Position numbers and translations under genes: made by a program. From assembly GCA_026025795.1 (NCBI GenBank), contig JAPEUG010000028.1, forward strand, positions 1-64,000: a stretch of 64,000 nt of DNA. Reading direction: 5' to 3'. Positions 1 through 12,705 of the stretch are shown piece after piece (the first letter of the stretch is position 1; the number at the start of each line of letters is the position of its first letter). The notes beneath the pieces are model-generated. The model saw only the letters and a list, made by a program, of their open reading frames with translations. It made no database searches and was not told where the DNA came from. The stretch is from Thelocarpon superellum (lineage: Eukaryota).

Positions 1-677
1 AGGTCCCGCCCGGGACCAACGGCGGAGTGACGTTATTGGGGCTCGCAGCTGGCCTCCTTGGAGCATCGACCATCGCCATCACCTCCGCCCTTCTCCTACC
101 ATTCTGCGGCGCCGGCGCGTGGAAGACTTTCTTCGAAGGAGGTTCGACTTGGAAGAGTGTCCAAGTGAGTGGACTGTGGATCATTGCTGTTACGTTCTGG
201 GGCGGACTCGGCAGCCTTCTCGATAGTTTCCTTGGAGGCTGGCTCCAGGCGAGCGTTGTGGATATCAGAACCGGCAAGGTCTTGGAAGGTGACGGTGGCA
301 AGAAGGTATACATGACCTTCCCACAAGATCTCTCTCTCTTTGGCTGACGCTTGCTCCTCAAACGGAAGGTTCTCGTCAGTGATCAAGGCCCTTGGTCAAA
401 AGCTTTTCCGAAGCCGGGTACCGCTACAAAAGCCTCCGCATCTCAGCCCGATAATGCTCCTCAAACTCGCCTTCGTTCACAAGTAAAGTCCGCGGAGGGC
501 GGTCATATGGGCGGAGCCACTCGTCCCTCGTCGGGCAGCCGCAGGGTCGAGAGTGGACTGAACCTCTTGGACAACAACGCGATAAACTTCCTGATGGCAC
601 TGTCCATGAGTCTCGGTGGAATGGCGATGGCTTCATGGTATTGGGATATTCCATTTTCAACCATCGTCGACTACTGA
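1..677 (+). CDS. TMEM19/DUF92 family integral membrane protein, 3' part (5' end outside window)
   Basis: VPPGTNGGVTLLG and GGLGSLLDSFLGGWLQASV motifs, C-terminal LLDNNAINFL. Intron 306-368 (GTATAC...GCTGAC...AAG) joins ORFs 27..347 and 351..677 in frame. Confidence 0.85.
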
Positions 678-693
678 AGGACGCACTACGTTC

Positions 694-1661
694 TCAGAGG
701 TCATCCGCATGTCTCCGGAAACCGCTCCAAATTCCCGTGCCCTTCAGTTCGTATGCGAGATCACCTTCGAGGAAGAAGCCTCGCGCGCTCCGGGCTTTCC
801 GAAGCCAGTCAAAAGCGCTCTCCACTGCATCCATCTGAAATTCCGAAACGGCCATCCAGAAGGCACACCGACCGCGCAAGGGATCAGAGTCCAGAGTACC
901 GGCCAGGGCCAGCGCTTCGCCTGCCAGACGTGCCCCCTTGGCTGCGTCTTGTCCGATCAGTGCTACTTTGACCCGGGCTAGCATCATCCGGATCATGATT
1001 TCACACAAACGATCTAACGTGCTGTTGAAGAGGAACGTTGCGTGGCGTCTGGGGCTATCTCTCTGGGCGTGGTTGTCTTCGGCGGGCTCTTCCTTGCTAG
1101 CGGCTTCAGAATCCCGCTGCCAGGTGTCGGCTTCGAGTGCGAGGCTACGCATGGCCTGAATCTGCGCTTCCCAGATGGTGCTAAAGGCTTCAGATTCATC
1201 CCGAGGGATGAACTCTATTTCACCATCGTCATGAATAGCGACTGAGAGAGGACTCTATATCCGACACGTGTGAGTCGACGGAGAACCAGAGACGGCAGGG
1301 AGAAGGGCGGAAGACGGCTTACCTTGGCAAACGCGTTCGCAAGATACACTCCTATCTCTTCCCTCTGCGACTGGGTCTCTCGACGTGCGCGACGGAAGTC
1401 GGAAGGGCGAGAGGGAAGCACGGTACAGGGAGGATGTGAGGCATGGGAGATTCGAACTGCTGATGGCGATGGAAACGCGACATCGATCGGACTGGGCGTC
1501 GTCGAGGGGAGAGACGTGGTGAGGCTCTCTGGTCGCTGGACCGTCTGCCGATGAAGAGCAGGGCGCATGTCTGGAAAGTCATCCTCGTCTTCCTCGCTGC
1601 TGCTCGCGCTTCTCCACCCGTCTCGCGGAATCATCTCGGTGGTCTTGGATATCTCATCCAT
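694..1661 (-). CDS. Hypothetical protein with low-complexity N-terminus and C-terminal TPR-like helical motif
   Basis: Phase-0 intron 1322-1255 (GTAAGC...CTCAC...TAG) joins ORF 1215..1661 to the stop-free frame ending at 694. Motif ARLAGEALALA..L.GRCAFW. Start uncertain. Confidence 0.6.
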
Positions 1662-2086
1662 CTCGATTGCGATGGTCAGGCCCTCGCATGGTTGAAGGAC
1701 GGCTGCAGATTGATTGTCTGGGATCTTAAGGTCTGTGAAAGCTGATGCGGGCCGTGATCTCTGATCTACGAGACGGCATTGTCACGGGCGGCTGCAGGCT
1801 TGAACCTGTTATCGTGCTGTTTTTGTGTTCTGCAATCCGCTAAGAGGGGTGAAGCAAATTCTTTTTCAAGTGTCAAGCCTGTTTTGTTCAACAATGAGAC
1901 TGTGTTATGATGACTTGGTGCATGCAGTCGTCCTCGGGTATGGGGCGGAAGCCAACTTCAAAGTAAACTTGAAAGTGCATATAATCCAGATCAGTCTTAT
2001 CCCAGGCTCATTTTCGCGATCTTCCGCGTTGTGATTGAGATACGATAATAATCTCGTGCCCACTCTCAGCTCTGTGGTCCAGGCTA

Positions 2087-2866
2087 TCACACTGAGGAGC
2101 GATCGATTTCCACGACGGCGCCAGGCCGGTCCGGTGGAAGATTGTCAAAATCAGGCGCCATGTACTTATGCGGATGGTCTTTCGGAAGGGAGGCGAGCTT
2201 TTGTTCGGCTTCGGTTCTCCAAGCCTTGATCTTGTCCCCGAATGGCTTGGTGCCTCCACCGAGTGTGAGCAACCAGATAGCCTCCGGATATCGCTCGATG
2301 GAGAAGTAGCAGATGCCACGGTACATCTGAGCTTTGCCCTGCAATTGGAAGTACCCGTACTTGGTCGCAAGGCGGAGCGCTTCCCCTCCATGTGCCAGCG
2401 CGGCGTTGGTTTGGTTACAGTCGCGCAGGATGACGCACATGAGCAGGTGGGCGTTGATCCGAACCTGGTTAGGGAGATTGTCGTTGAGGAGTTGCTTACT
2501 TATAAGAGCAATTGCGCGCTGATTGTTCGAGTGCGTCCACTCGTGCTCGGCGTGGCCTAGACATGAGTGGTTGTCGGAAGTGACAAGCCAGATGTCGCGG
2601 ATCCAGACAGGCGTTGGCGATAGGAGGCTGAATCGCGCAGTCGACGGTGACCAGGGTATCGACTTCAGATGGAGCTGAAGGGTGATGGACAGCGATTGGA
2701 GGAGGTCAACATACCGCGCGCGCTGAGATCGCAGGTCTGCGACGACCAATTTGGCGTACGTCAACTCCACTCGCAGCTCGTCCCGCTCTTGGATGAGCTT
2801 GGATATCCCCAAGTTGATCTTCGAGATATCCTCGCGGACGGGCGACTGCTCATCGGGAATTGACAT
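2087..2866 (-). CDS. Hypothetical protein, N-terminal coiled coil plus TPR-like region
   Basis: 259-aa ORF with heptad-like N-terminus and ALAHGGEALRLA..L.GKAQMYRGICYF..RYPEA TPR-like pattern. Confidence 0.65.
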   Translation of the reverse strand: MSIPDEQSPVREDISKINLGISKLIQERDELRVELTYAKLVVADLRSQRARYVDLLQSLSITLQLHLKSIPWSPSTARFSLLSPTPVWIRDIWLVTSDNHSCLGHAEHEWTHSNNQRAIALISKQLLNDNLPNQVRINAHLLMCVILRDCNQTNAALAHGGEALRLATKYGYFQLQGKAQMYRGICYFSIERYPEAIWLLTLGGGTKPFGDKIKAWRTEAEQKLASLPKDHPHKYMAPDFDNLPPDRPGAVVEIDRSSV

Positions 2867-5849
2867 TCTGAATCTGGAAGAGCCGCAGGAGCGACCCCAC
2901 TAATGACAAATTCGAACAAGCACGCACCGTGATGGCAATTGGTTCTGATGAAGCCATCTTATATCCTGGATTGAGAGCGGGTTGGGAACAATTCCCCCCA
3001 ACGCGCCCCTTAGTGGAGACGAATCATATTCTGGTATGAGACTCCGAATGTTTGGGCAAACAATAGATGTTCATCTTCGGAAGAAGATCTCTCGCCTCGG
3101 CTACAGTTGACGAATAATGCAACAGACTGTCTTTCAATTCTTTAAGGAGGGAAATACTCAGGTGCGGCGCAGGGAGAACAGACACCTGCAAATTGAGTGA
3201 ACTGGCCCTATGAGCGGCAAGGGTTCCAGTGGGGCAGGGACGAGGGATAACGAGCTAAGGTCCAGGGTTCCGCAGGGAGGCGAAGAAGGCCCCGCTCACA
3301 ACTCGTCCTCGTTCGACAAAGCCAGGTCGAGACATTACAAAATGGGGTGGGGTTGCTCACCCTCGACTGTATGACAGGGGATGGGCAGGGATGGGTCGGC
3401 GGGATGCTGGTCGGCAATAGGGGATCCTGCATGGATGGGCATGTCCCGGGTCGTGAAAGAGAGACCAGCTCAATCGCTGACAGCATCGACGACTGTCGCT
3501 TAGGGTCGCACCTCGTACCTTCCACATCAAGAACGTCTTGACCTGGAGAAGCCACGGAAGGAGCGGCTCGCTTGACTCGGAGAACGTCGAGGACCGGGAA
3601 TCGAAAAAACGATGAAGTCATCTTGTCGTACTCACGTTGACGACCCACTCTACTGACGACTAGTCATAGCCTCGGAGCATGGGGCACACTTGGGGCTGGG
3701 AAGATGCATGTGGGGCGCGTCGACGGTCAGAAGCCGTTCTGCGTTACGTCGGCTGTCTTTGGCCTCGACACTCCACACCACGCTGTCAGGAGATGCATTC
3801 GTCTTCATGGTGGAGCAGTTCGCATCGTGATGGTCTTGATGCAACACGGGGGCAGGTAGAAAAAACCTAGGAAGAAATTTGTACGAAGTACCGCGGACTC
3901 CCAGGAGCATCATGCCGCCGGCTCTGGCCACCACTTCTTCATGCCTTCCACGGAACCTAGGACCGGTGATGGATCACGAGAGGCCTGACCTGCTGTAGGC
4001 TCCCTACCGGACGTTCGTGAGCAAAGAGTGATTTATCCATGCTCATGACATTCCCGTGCAAGTGAGAGGTCCTCGTTCTGGACATGGTGCGTACTGCGTA
4101 GGAGCCGGCGCTAAGCTGGAGGGAGCCAGATGTCGGGCGGTAGGATGCCGGACAAGCCAAGCGAGCCCTCGGCTGCTTTGCTGATCCCACGGACCACGCA
4201 CAGAGACGCCCGGCACGTCGACAGAGATTTTACTTCAACTGATGTGGCGCAGAGCGATAGCATGCTGAGAGCGGACGCCTGCCAGCTTCAATTTGGAACT
4301 CAGCCAACAGGATTTACGTGACGTCTTGAATTTCGCGCGGACAGACGCTGGCCGAAGTGTAAAAGGAAAGACGGACAGACAGTCGCAAGGATGGAGCGCA
4401 GAGAGGGAGTAGCTGGCCGAGACATCTGATCGCTCCGCCTATTGTCCGTCCACTTGTCCGCTTGTTTTGGCGTGCGGGATCAAGTGGGCAACGTATCATT
4501 TTGCCTATCCGGATAACGAGCGGTCGACAAACGTATTTATCTCCCGACCCTTGGGAGAGCCTGCTTCTGGCCTGGTGGGTCTTGACAAGGAGGGTGGCGA
4601 CGGTGCAGAGGGCGTCTCCACCCCGACCGGCTACTGAGCTGTCTGCTTGATAGCGACGTACTCGTACTGGCGGCGGACGATAAGCTCCGGTCTCGCTAGC
4701 GTACCACAATTCCATCATCGCGCGATCCAATAGCCATCCGTGCTATCATCATCCACGGGCAGCTTCCATTCCCGAGTCTCCACGGGCAACGTTGGCGTCG
4801 TCAGCGCCTGTGACGTCCACGTACCATACTTGGGGTACCACCATACCTGACCGGACGACTCTCCGCTTTGCTGGCGGCCAGACGACGAGTTTCCGGGATC
4901 CGTTGACGGGTATAGGTGTCATGACCAGAATGCGCCCGGGAGCCGAGGCGGCAGATTCTTTCCTCCGGCCACCATAGCCCCGGGTTGCAACCGGTCTCTT
5001 CTGTGCGCATGGTGCTTGCAACGTTGCACGACCGACCACAACATGCGATGGCCGGGAGACTGATGTTGTGGCACGTTGGTGCTGAGAGCTTCTCTGCCAC
5101 AAATCGAGGGTCCTTTTCGATTGGCCACAGCCCTCCCTCGCAACCGACGAGCTGCACGGAAACACAGGACAACATGTGCGAATGGCGGTGGTGCGTGGCA
5201 AGGATGCAGCCATGACTAGGATCGCTCCTCGCTTTCTTTCACACGCCGACCACACTAGGCACACGGCCCCTCCCTAGCCCGGGCCGAAAACGAGGAGCTC
5301 CCCGCCCTCGTCCGCCGGAGAGGAGAAAGAGGCGAAAGGTCGGAATTTTTGTCTGTCGAGCCGCGAGGTCCATGCTTCCCTCATGATCTCATCAGCCAGG
5401 CCAGAGCAACGACGGCGCAACTCTACTCATGACTAGCTGCCTTGGCTATTTTGGTCCGGGCGGAGATGCTGAAGCTCGCCGTTCGGATCGCTCGGTGTTG
5501 CCCTGACAATCATGACATGCGGCCAAGTGGGGTGATGCCCCGGGAACACCGGCCCACACATGCTTGCTCTCCACTTTCCATGTCCGGACTCTCTGTTCGC
5601 CGCCGTCGATGGCCTTGAGCAACGACGTAATCGTGAGCCTGCTACCCTTGCCGCGACCATGCAGTCAAGGTACTTCAGGTTGCATATCCCCCAACCTCGT
5701 TGAAGCCGTCGTGTAGCTCCTTGACACGTTCATCGCGCACCACATCGTTACCCCTCTTGTCCACCCACACACCCTCGTTTGGATCAACCCTTCTCGCTGT
5801 CCTCATCAACCTCCAGTGAACACCCTCGTTCGCTGAGAACGCCGACAGT

Positions 5850-7012
5850 ATGTATTCTGTTGCAGCCATCATTGCCGCCGTGGCGCTCGGCGTCCACGCT
5901 GCCCCGCGGCCTGAACCACAGGGCGTGACCGCCTTGATCGCTCCTCCCACGCCCGCGCCTGCCGGCTGCAGTGGCAGCTTCAGCGGGAGCTTTGGCGTGG
6001 CCGTCATGAATGCGACCGGATCGGCTGCAGCTGCAGTGGGCCCAGCCACCCAGGCTTTCGAGTACGTCACCCCAGGTACCTTGCGAGGCGGCCGAGAGAC
6101 CTGGTGCTGACCGATCACCGCCAGTGGTCAACCTGCCGCCGTCAGTGGTTCCATCGCGGTTGCTCCCGTTAGCCAGATCGTGAGTGGCATACGCGTCCCA
6201 CATGTGCAGGCCGACTAACGTCCTGCAGAGCGATGCCCAGCCCCAAGCCGCTACGGCGCAGCCTACGGTTTCCGTGGCCCCGGTGAGCCAGATCAACGAT
6301 GCCCAGCCTCAAGCGCCCACGAAGATGGCCATGATCTCCATGATCGGTGACGGTTCGTTCTTCTAGCTGGCCCGGTGGTCCACGTACCTGCTAACGAGGC
6401 ACAGGTCAAATTCAAGCGGCCACGAGCCACATCACCATGGCTGCCGTCGGCCAGATTGGCGATGGCCAGGTCCAGGCGCCCACGGTGACGTTGAAGCCGG
6501 TGTCGCAGATCAATGATGGTCAACCGCAGGCGGCCACGGTGACGCCGGTATCGCAGATTCCGGACGCGCAACCGCAGGCTCCTACCGCCCAGGCCGTCTC
6601 TCAGATCTCGGACGCACAGCCGCAGGCGCCGACCGCGAATGCCGTGTCGCAAATTGCGGACGCACAGCCTCAGGCGGGCACGGTGGCGCGCCGACAGACC
6701 ATCCAGCTGGTCGCCTGCTCCTCCGCCAGTACCCTGGCACTCACACTCAACGGTGGCGTGCTCAAGGATGGCAAGGGACGGACGGGATATGTTGCGTCCA
6801 ACCAACAATTCCAGTTCGACGATCCCCCGCAGGCAGGTGCCATCTTCACCTCGGGTTTCAGCGTCTGTAGCAATGGCAGCTTGGCCTTGGGTGGCTCCGC
6901 CATCTTCTACCAATGCCTTTCTGGAACCTTTTTCAACCTCTACACGGCCAGTCAAGGGTTGCAATGCAATCCCGTCACCATCAACGCCCTGACGCTGGAG
7001 AGCTGCACTTGA
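5850..7012 (+). CDS. PIR-family covalently linked cell wall protein
   Basis: Signal peptide, about 9 repeats of SQIxD(G/A)Q(P/I/V)QA, C-terminal four-Cys domain (GYVASNQQFQFD, FSVC, FYQCLSG). Introns 6062-6124, 6180-6228, 6353-6404. Confidence 0.92.
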
Positions 7013-8904
7013 AGGCCGCATCTCTCGGCTGCAGGCCGTCTGCCAGATTGACCAGGACCCAACACGCTCTCACTTTCCCTTTCTCCTCTGGGTCCCCCAG
7101 CTTTACTACGATTCTTGTTACATACGCCTTGCTAGGCATTTCGTCACACCCTTTCTCGGATCGGAACCGTCGGACGACGTGCAGCTAGCTGCTGTGGATG
7201 CCATCTCACGGTGCGGATGAGAAGCGTTTTCACTTGGCACGACTCACGATAGTGGACCAGGTCCGATCAGACGGACTACGAAAGTATGGAGGGCTCGAGG
7301 GGCTGCATTGGACACGGCAGGCATGTATGGTAGGATCTGGACTAGGTAGATGGTAGTTTAATCTAGCTTGCGACACGAGCCGTTCCGAACCGCTTTTGCG
7401 CGTATACCGATCCAACGTTGAAAACAGAACCTCGACTTACGTATGTTGGAGCGCCGAGCTATACCGACACACGGACTAGATTCGACGGCGTGCCTCAGCA
7501 TGGCGTCACGACTGATTTCGACGATGCGGCCAGATCTAGCGACAGCAATTCTTGCCGTAGGTGCCACCCACGGGCCACGGATAATGGGCCGTGGTGGTCC
7601 CGAAATCCGACGCCTTCGGGCGCACCCGTCGCGATGTGGCAGATTTGACTCTGCGCGCGGCGGAGGCGTGAGGCAAGGCAAAGCGACATCAGCGCGGATC
7701 GATTGGCGGGGGAGGGTGAGAGATCTACGACCCATCGGCAGCGGGATCGCCATCCGATTCTCCCGCCATTTCCTGCGCCATCAGTCGCCAATCGCGGATG
7801 CTTGCTCCAAAGGTGGCTCCTGCTAATGCTAGGAGACAGGGAACTTGTGGTCTTACTGCAACTACACTACCGGTAGTGGCTCTCATTCTTGAAGCAGGGT
7901 CGAAGCCTGACCAGATTACTCAACACGCTGCTGCTGGTACGACTGGCTCTTCCCCTTCTGGACTAACCGTTGCGCCCTGCTTCCTCGTAGACTAGCCCAC
8001 CTGCTCCCCTCGACTGCTGCGTCTCGGGCCCTGGCGGACCAGAGCAGCTGGAACGGTCCCAGTGTGGAAGTGTTCCCATCCTTCCTAGCGAATCTGATAT
8101 CGCTACAACTAGCGGCACCACCGCCATCGATGCGGACGATCGGCGCCACGTACCGTGAGGTTATGGACTGGTCCAGCCTTTCGACAGGCAGGACTTACAG
8201 AAAACCCTGGCGGTGTTGTCTAGCTTGGGCACGTCTGTCGCCCCCATTGGCCCAAACGGGACGCTGCTTGCAGCGCCGGAGGGAAGCTAAGTCGATGTGG
8301 AAAGCATATCTGCAGCGGTGGCAGCCGTTGGCCCCGAACATGACCGAACATCTCCTTTGCACTGCCCAGCCCATGGCCTCCCTCATGCCTCCTTCTTACT
8401 GGCCGATGCACCTGACCGCGCCGACATTCCGTGCACCATTTTGCATGCCCGCTGCCTCGATTTGTCTTGAGTCGCCCGGCCGTGCAGGTGTCGCATGGCG
8501 TCCCGCCCAGATCACAGGACCGTTGGTCCCCGCTTGTTGACAGTGCAACGGTGTTGTACCACCCTTGGCTGCGGTGGATGACCTGATATCATGGCTCGAA
8601 TGACGAAAGTTCACTACCCTGCACGCTCAAGCAGCGGATGCTGTGAGCTGTGAGCTGAGCTAAGCTGCCTCTCTCTGATGTCCTTACGGCATGATATATG
8701 CTGGCCGTACACCTCCATATCAACCGAATCCATCACGCTTGTTGCTGTCTTGTCAGGTGCCGCCGCTCTCCCGCATCACCCAACACGCGCCTGCTCTTTA
8801 CCTGCTGAAGTGGCACTTGTGGATCCTCTGGAATATCATGGGAACCTCGACGAGAGATGCTGTCACATAATGCACTGTCCGCTCAACGACATCCCGCACG
8901 CATC

Positions 8905-11900
8905 ATGCGTTCCAGCCTTGCTTGTGAGCGGTGCCGACGAAGCAAAATTCGATGCCTTAGTGCCGGCATCGAGGCCGCGTGTAGAGCCTGCGAAGGCGCT
9001 GGCCGAGACTGCATTTATCCGGCAACAAAAGACTCTGCCAGGCAGCGAGTGAGAGCGAGTGAGAGGAATGCCTCGGCACTTGTCCCCGCGGCCCGCTCTC
9101 GCAAACGTCGGGCGTCGCCTGCATCCTCAGAAGAGGTGAGCGGTCCTGATCCATCAGCTGTCACGTCTCCTTGCAGCCCATGCCTATGGCTTCGCCGGAT
9201 CTTCTGAGTTCCCCGCCTAAGCCGCGGACGGCTGATTGAGGCCAGAAGCCCCCCCAGACCAAGAGGAGACGGGCCAGCGAGCCAGTCTCGTCAACGGCCG
9301 ATGCCAGTGGTAACGGCCAATCATCCTCGGACCCGCTCGATCCCGAGGTTCTCACGCCCAAGGTTTGGGCCGAATTGGTAAGAGGCCTCCATCGCCCGGA
9401 GCTTGTGGCTCCCACTCAACCTCCTGTCTACCCTCCTCCGCGTGCTAGCTTGCTGAAGGAGGCTGAATCATGTAGCTCGACCAATTTCGACTGCACTACT
9501 CTTCAGACTTGTCCTTCATCCACCCACCCACCTTTCTCAAGCTCGTACCGCCCTCTGAGAGCGTCACCAATCCCCCTGCTCAGGGTCGTGGGGGCCGATG
9601 GAAGAGGGAAAGTCCACACCCAGCCGCCTCGCCGCTCTTTTTGTTCTCCTTTCTGGCGTTGACGGCTCGATTTCACCCGGATCTAGTAGCCCGCAATGGC
9701 CAATCCACATCAGGATCATCTGACCCCCTCGTCGCGTCGGAGTATTACGCCGTCTTTGCGCGAAACCTGCTCAAGGACGGCCCCGGAACGCCTCTCGAAA
9801 GACCCAGCGTGGAAAAGACTCAAGCACTGCTCATGCTGGGCCTTCACGAGTGGGGCATGTGTCACGGCGTGCAAGCATGGCTTTACGTCGGTGCCGCTGT
9901 TCGTTTTGCTCTCGCGTTGGGATTGGACCATGATCCCGAACCAGAACACCGCAGTTCTGTCTTGACCCCCGCTCTCAAAAAGGAAGCGAAGCACTTGGGT
10001 CTCCGCTCTCTCCTCCGGGATCCACCCCCCCTGGACCTCTCCCGCAGTAACTCCGCCGTGGACCGAGAGGTCCGGCGTCGCACCCTGTGGAGCTGCTTCG
10101 TCCTGGATCGATACTTGTCGGGCGGCAAATCGCGACTTCAAACCCTGCGGGTTGCCGACCTCACCGTCCGGCTACCCAGCTCTACCCGGGCGTTCCTCTT
10201 TGGTAATAGTGCTCCTACCAAGTTGCTCCGGGACGTTGTCCAAGAATCGAGCGACGAGCCACCTCGGACCCACGTTGAGTCTATCGAAACAGGCGACCGC
10301 GATCGCAACCGGCGGGCACTGCCGAATGGGCCGAACACGACACAACCCCAGGACAAACCCAGGCCGACCCTGGAGACAGAGCCAGGCGCGCAGGAAGCGG
10401 ACCTGGAAGAATGTGACCTCGGTCGTGTGATCCGAATCGTCGAAATTTGGGGCAGAGTGGCAAAGTGGTCTTGCAGCGGCGGACGAAGGTATGTCTGTTC
10501 CGGTCGGATGGTACATGATGCCTCAGCGCGACCTGACTTCCTCCAGGACGGAGAAGTACCCACCGTGGGATAGCCGGACGACCTTCTTCTATCTACGCAA
10601 CCTCTTGTCCACGTTTTACGCCGACCTTCCTTTCTCGATGGCCAGCACTCCAGCCAATCTCTCGGCGTACATCCTCTCCCGAGCTCCGACGCCGTATGTG
10701 CTCATGCATACGCTCTACAATCTGTGCCAGATCGTGCTCCATCGAGAATACGTGCCCTTTCTCCCGCTTCGATGCGCCAAGCCCGAGGGGCCGCTGGACG
10801 AACCAACCTTTCCCGCCGACAAATATCAGATTCCCCCTGGTTGGTGGGACGATAGTGCGTGGGAGTGTTTCAAGGCCGCGCGCAATACGGTTGATATCCT
10901 CCAGCCCTGCCAGGAATGGGGTGTCTTGGTGGAGACGCCCATCGTCGGCTTCGCCATCTACACAGTGGCCTTCACTGGCATCTATTGCCAGTTCTTTCCC
11001 CAGATGGACCCCAATGGATTCATGAGCCACGGAGGCAAAGCAAAACATGACGGCAGCGGCCCACGAGCGTCCAAAACGGCAGTAGCCTTGCTCTTGCACA
11101 TGAAAAAACGACTGAAGATGGCGAACGGATGGTGTCGGACGATCAACAAGGTGCAGTCTTACATCCGGAGCATCAAACGCGACTATGACCGCAACACGCG
11201 AATCCGCGCGGGTTCATCATCAGAGCGCGACCTCTCACCGACGGCGTCACAGCGACTCAGTCTCCGCGAAGGCGGCGCGGGCGGGGGACTTGAAGAGTAC
11301 AAGCTGCTCGAAGAGTCGCTCAAAGATTTCGGAACGATCCGCGACGACGATACGCACAGCATCGAGCCCGACACGCGAATAATGGACACGGTGGACGAGG
11401 ATGACGCAAGTGATGCCGGCACTGAAGTCATGGAAAGCGGGGTCGAGGTTGAAACCGAGGCTTCCAGAGAACATGAAAACAAGTCAGCGGCGAAAACGAC
11501 AGCAACGACTTACGAATTCGACATGAGCGCGGACTGTCACAGCCCCGTCGAGCTCGACACGCCACGGTCGCCGCGGGACACACGAAACAGATCGTCGATC
11601 TCGGGTAACCAGTTGAGGCTGCACGAGATGGGGCAAAGCTATGACCGCGCTTCTTCCACGTCCGGACACTATAGCGACGCATATCACCCCCATGCTGCGC
11701 GACCTGCCCATCGATCCTCGGACCCACCGTCGCTCCTGACATCCTTCACGAGCGTGGACACCCTGACAAGCGCCGACACTCCCCTTGAGCCTGCTCCTCC
11801 TCCCCAACTGCATCTCCATCAGGAAAGCCTGGCTCGGTACAGCTCCCTCGGTGGGGCTCAGACCGGCATTTCCCCGGGCTACGGACCGTATGGCGACTTG

Positions 11901-12119
11901 TCAACGCAGCTGTATCCGACCGTGGCCGATGCGCCAGCTCGCGAGCCGTGGTTTGACGACTACGGTACGGGCATTGGCGTTGATATTGGCGTCAACATCG
12001 GCGTCGGCATCGGCGTCGCCCATGACGAATACGACACTGCTCACTTCGATGGGCCAGTGGGCTGGAATTTTGATCCCTGGGACCATGAAAACGATAGTCC
12101 GGACGCCCTGCCGAAATAG
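8905..12119 (+). CDS. Zn(II)2Cys6 fungal transcription factor with fungal-specific TF middle domain
   Basis: ACERCRRSKIRC...CRAC....RDC zinc cluster; EVRRRTLWSCFVLDR motif. Introns 9136-9245, 9378-9475 and 10489-10546 give a continuous frame. Confidence 0.92.
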
Positions 12120-12705
12120 GACGTGCAGTCGTTCTACCTTGGTTCCATGACTACATAGCATGACATAAGCGAGACGGGGAGTCCAAGTGAGATTGAGCGT
12201 AGGACCTGGGCGTTCTGTGGGAAAGAACCATGATATGTTCTTGGACGGAGTGGGGAATTATCAGGGGATAACGGAGCCCATTTGCATCTTTGACTTGAGC
12301 GACACCTAACGACAGAATAGACCGACCTCTAAATTACGACGCCGTATATCAGATGACATGACGAAATAACGAAATCAGCCCAAAATGAACTTGGTAAAAT
12401 GAATCCCTTGACCAAATTTCGTCTATTTTTCATCTTGGTCTCTCTATTGTGCGTTTCCATGTAGGCGGAAATGTATCTATTACTTCTATTCGCGGAGAAA
12501 AGAAACAAAGCCGAAAGAAAAAGGAACGAATTAAACATTAAGTCCCTGCTCTGCACCGGACTTTTTCTTCTTCCTCTCTCTTCTAAATTGACCGGATGGC
12601 GCGGGACGAAGAATGAAGAGGGGCAGAATAGCAAGATTGGAGCAAGCCAGACCCAGGAGTGGAGACGAGCGATGGATGACTCACATCACATGACCACTTA
12701 CTTAC

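Noticed and set aside
3000..5800. Many short ORFs upstream of the PIR gene, also at 7200-8800 and 15500-16900
   Set aside because: No motifs, coherent splice models or coding-like composition; treated as regulatory intergenic DNA.
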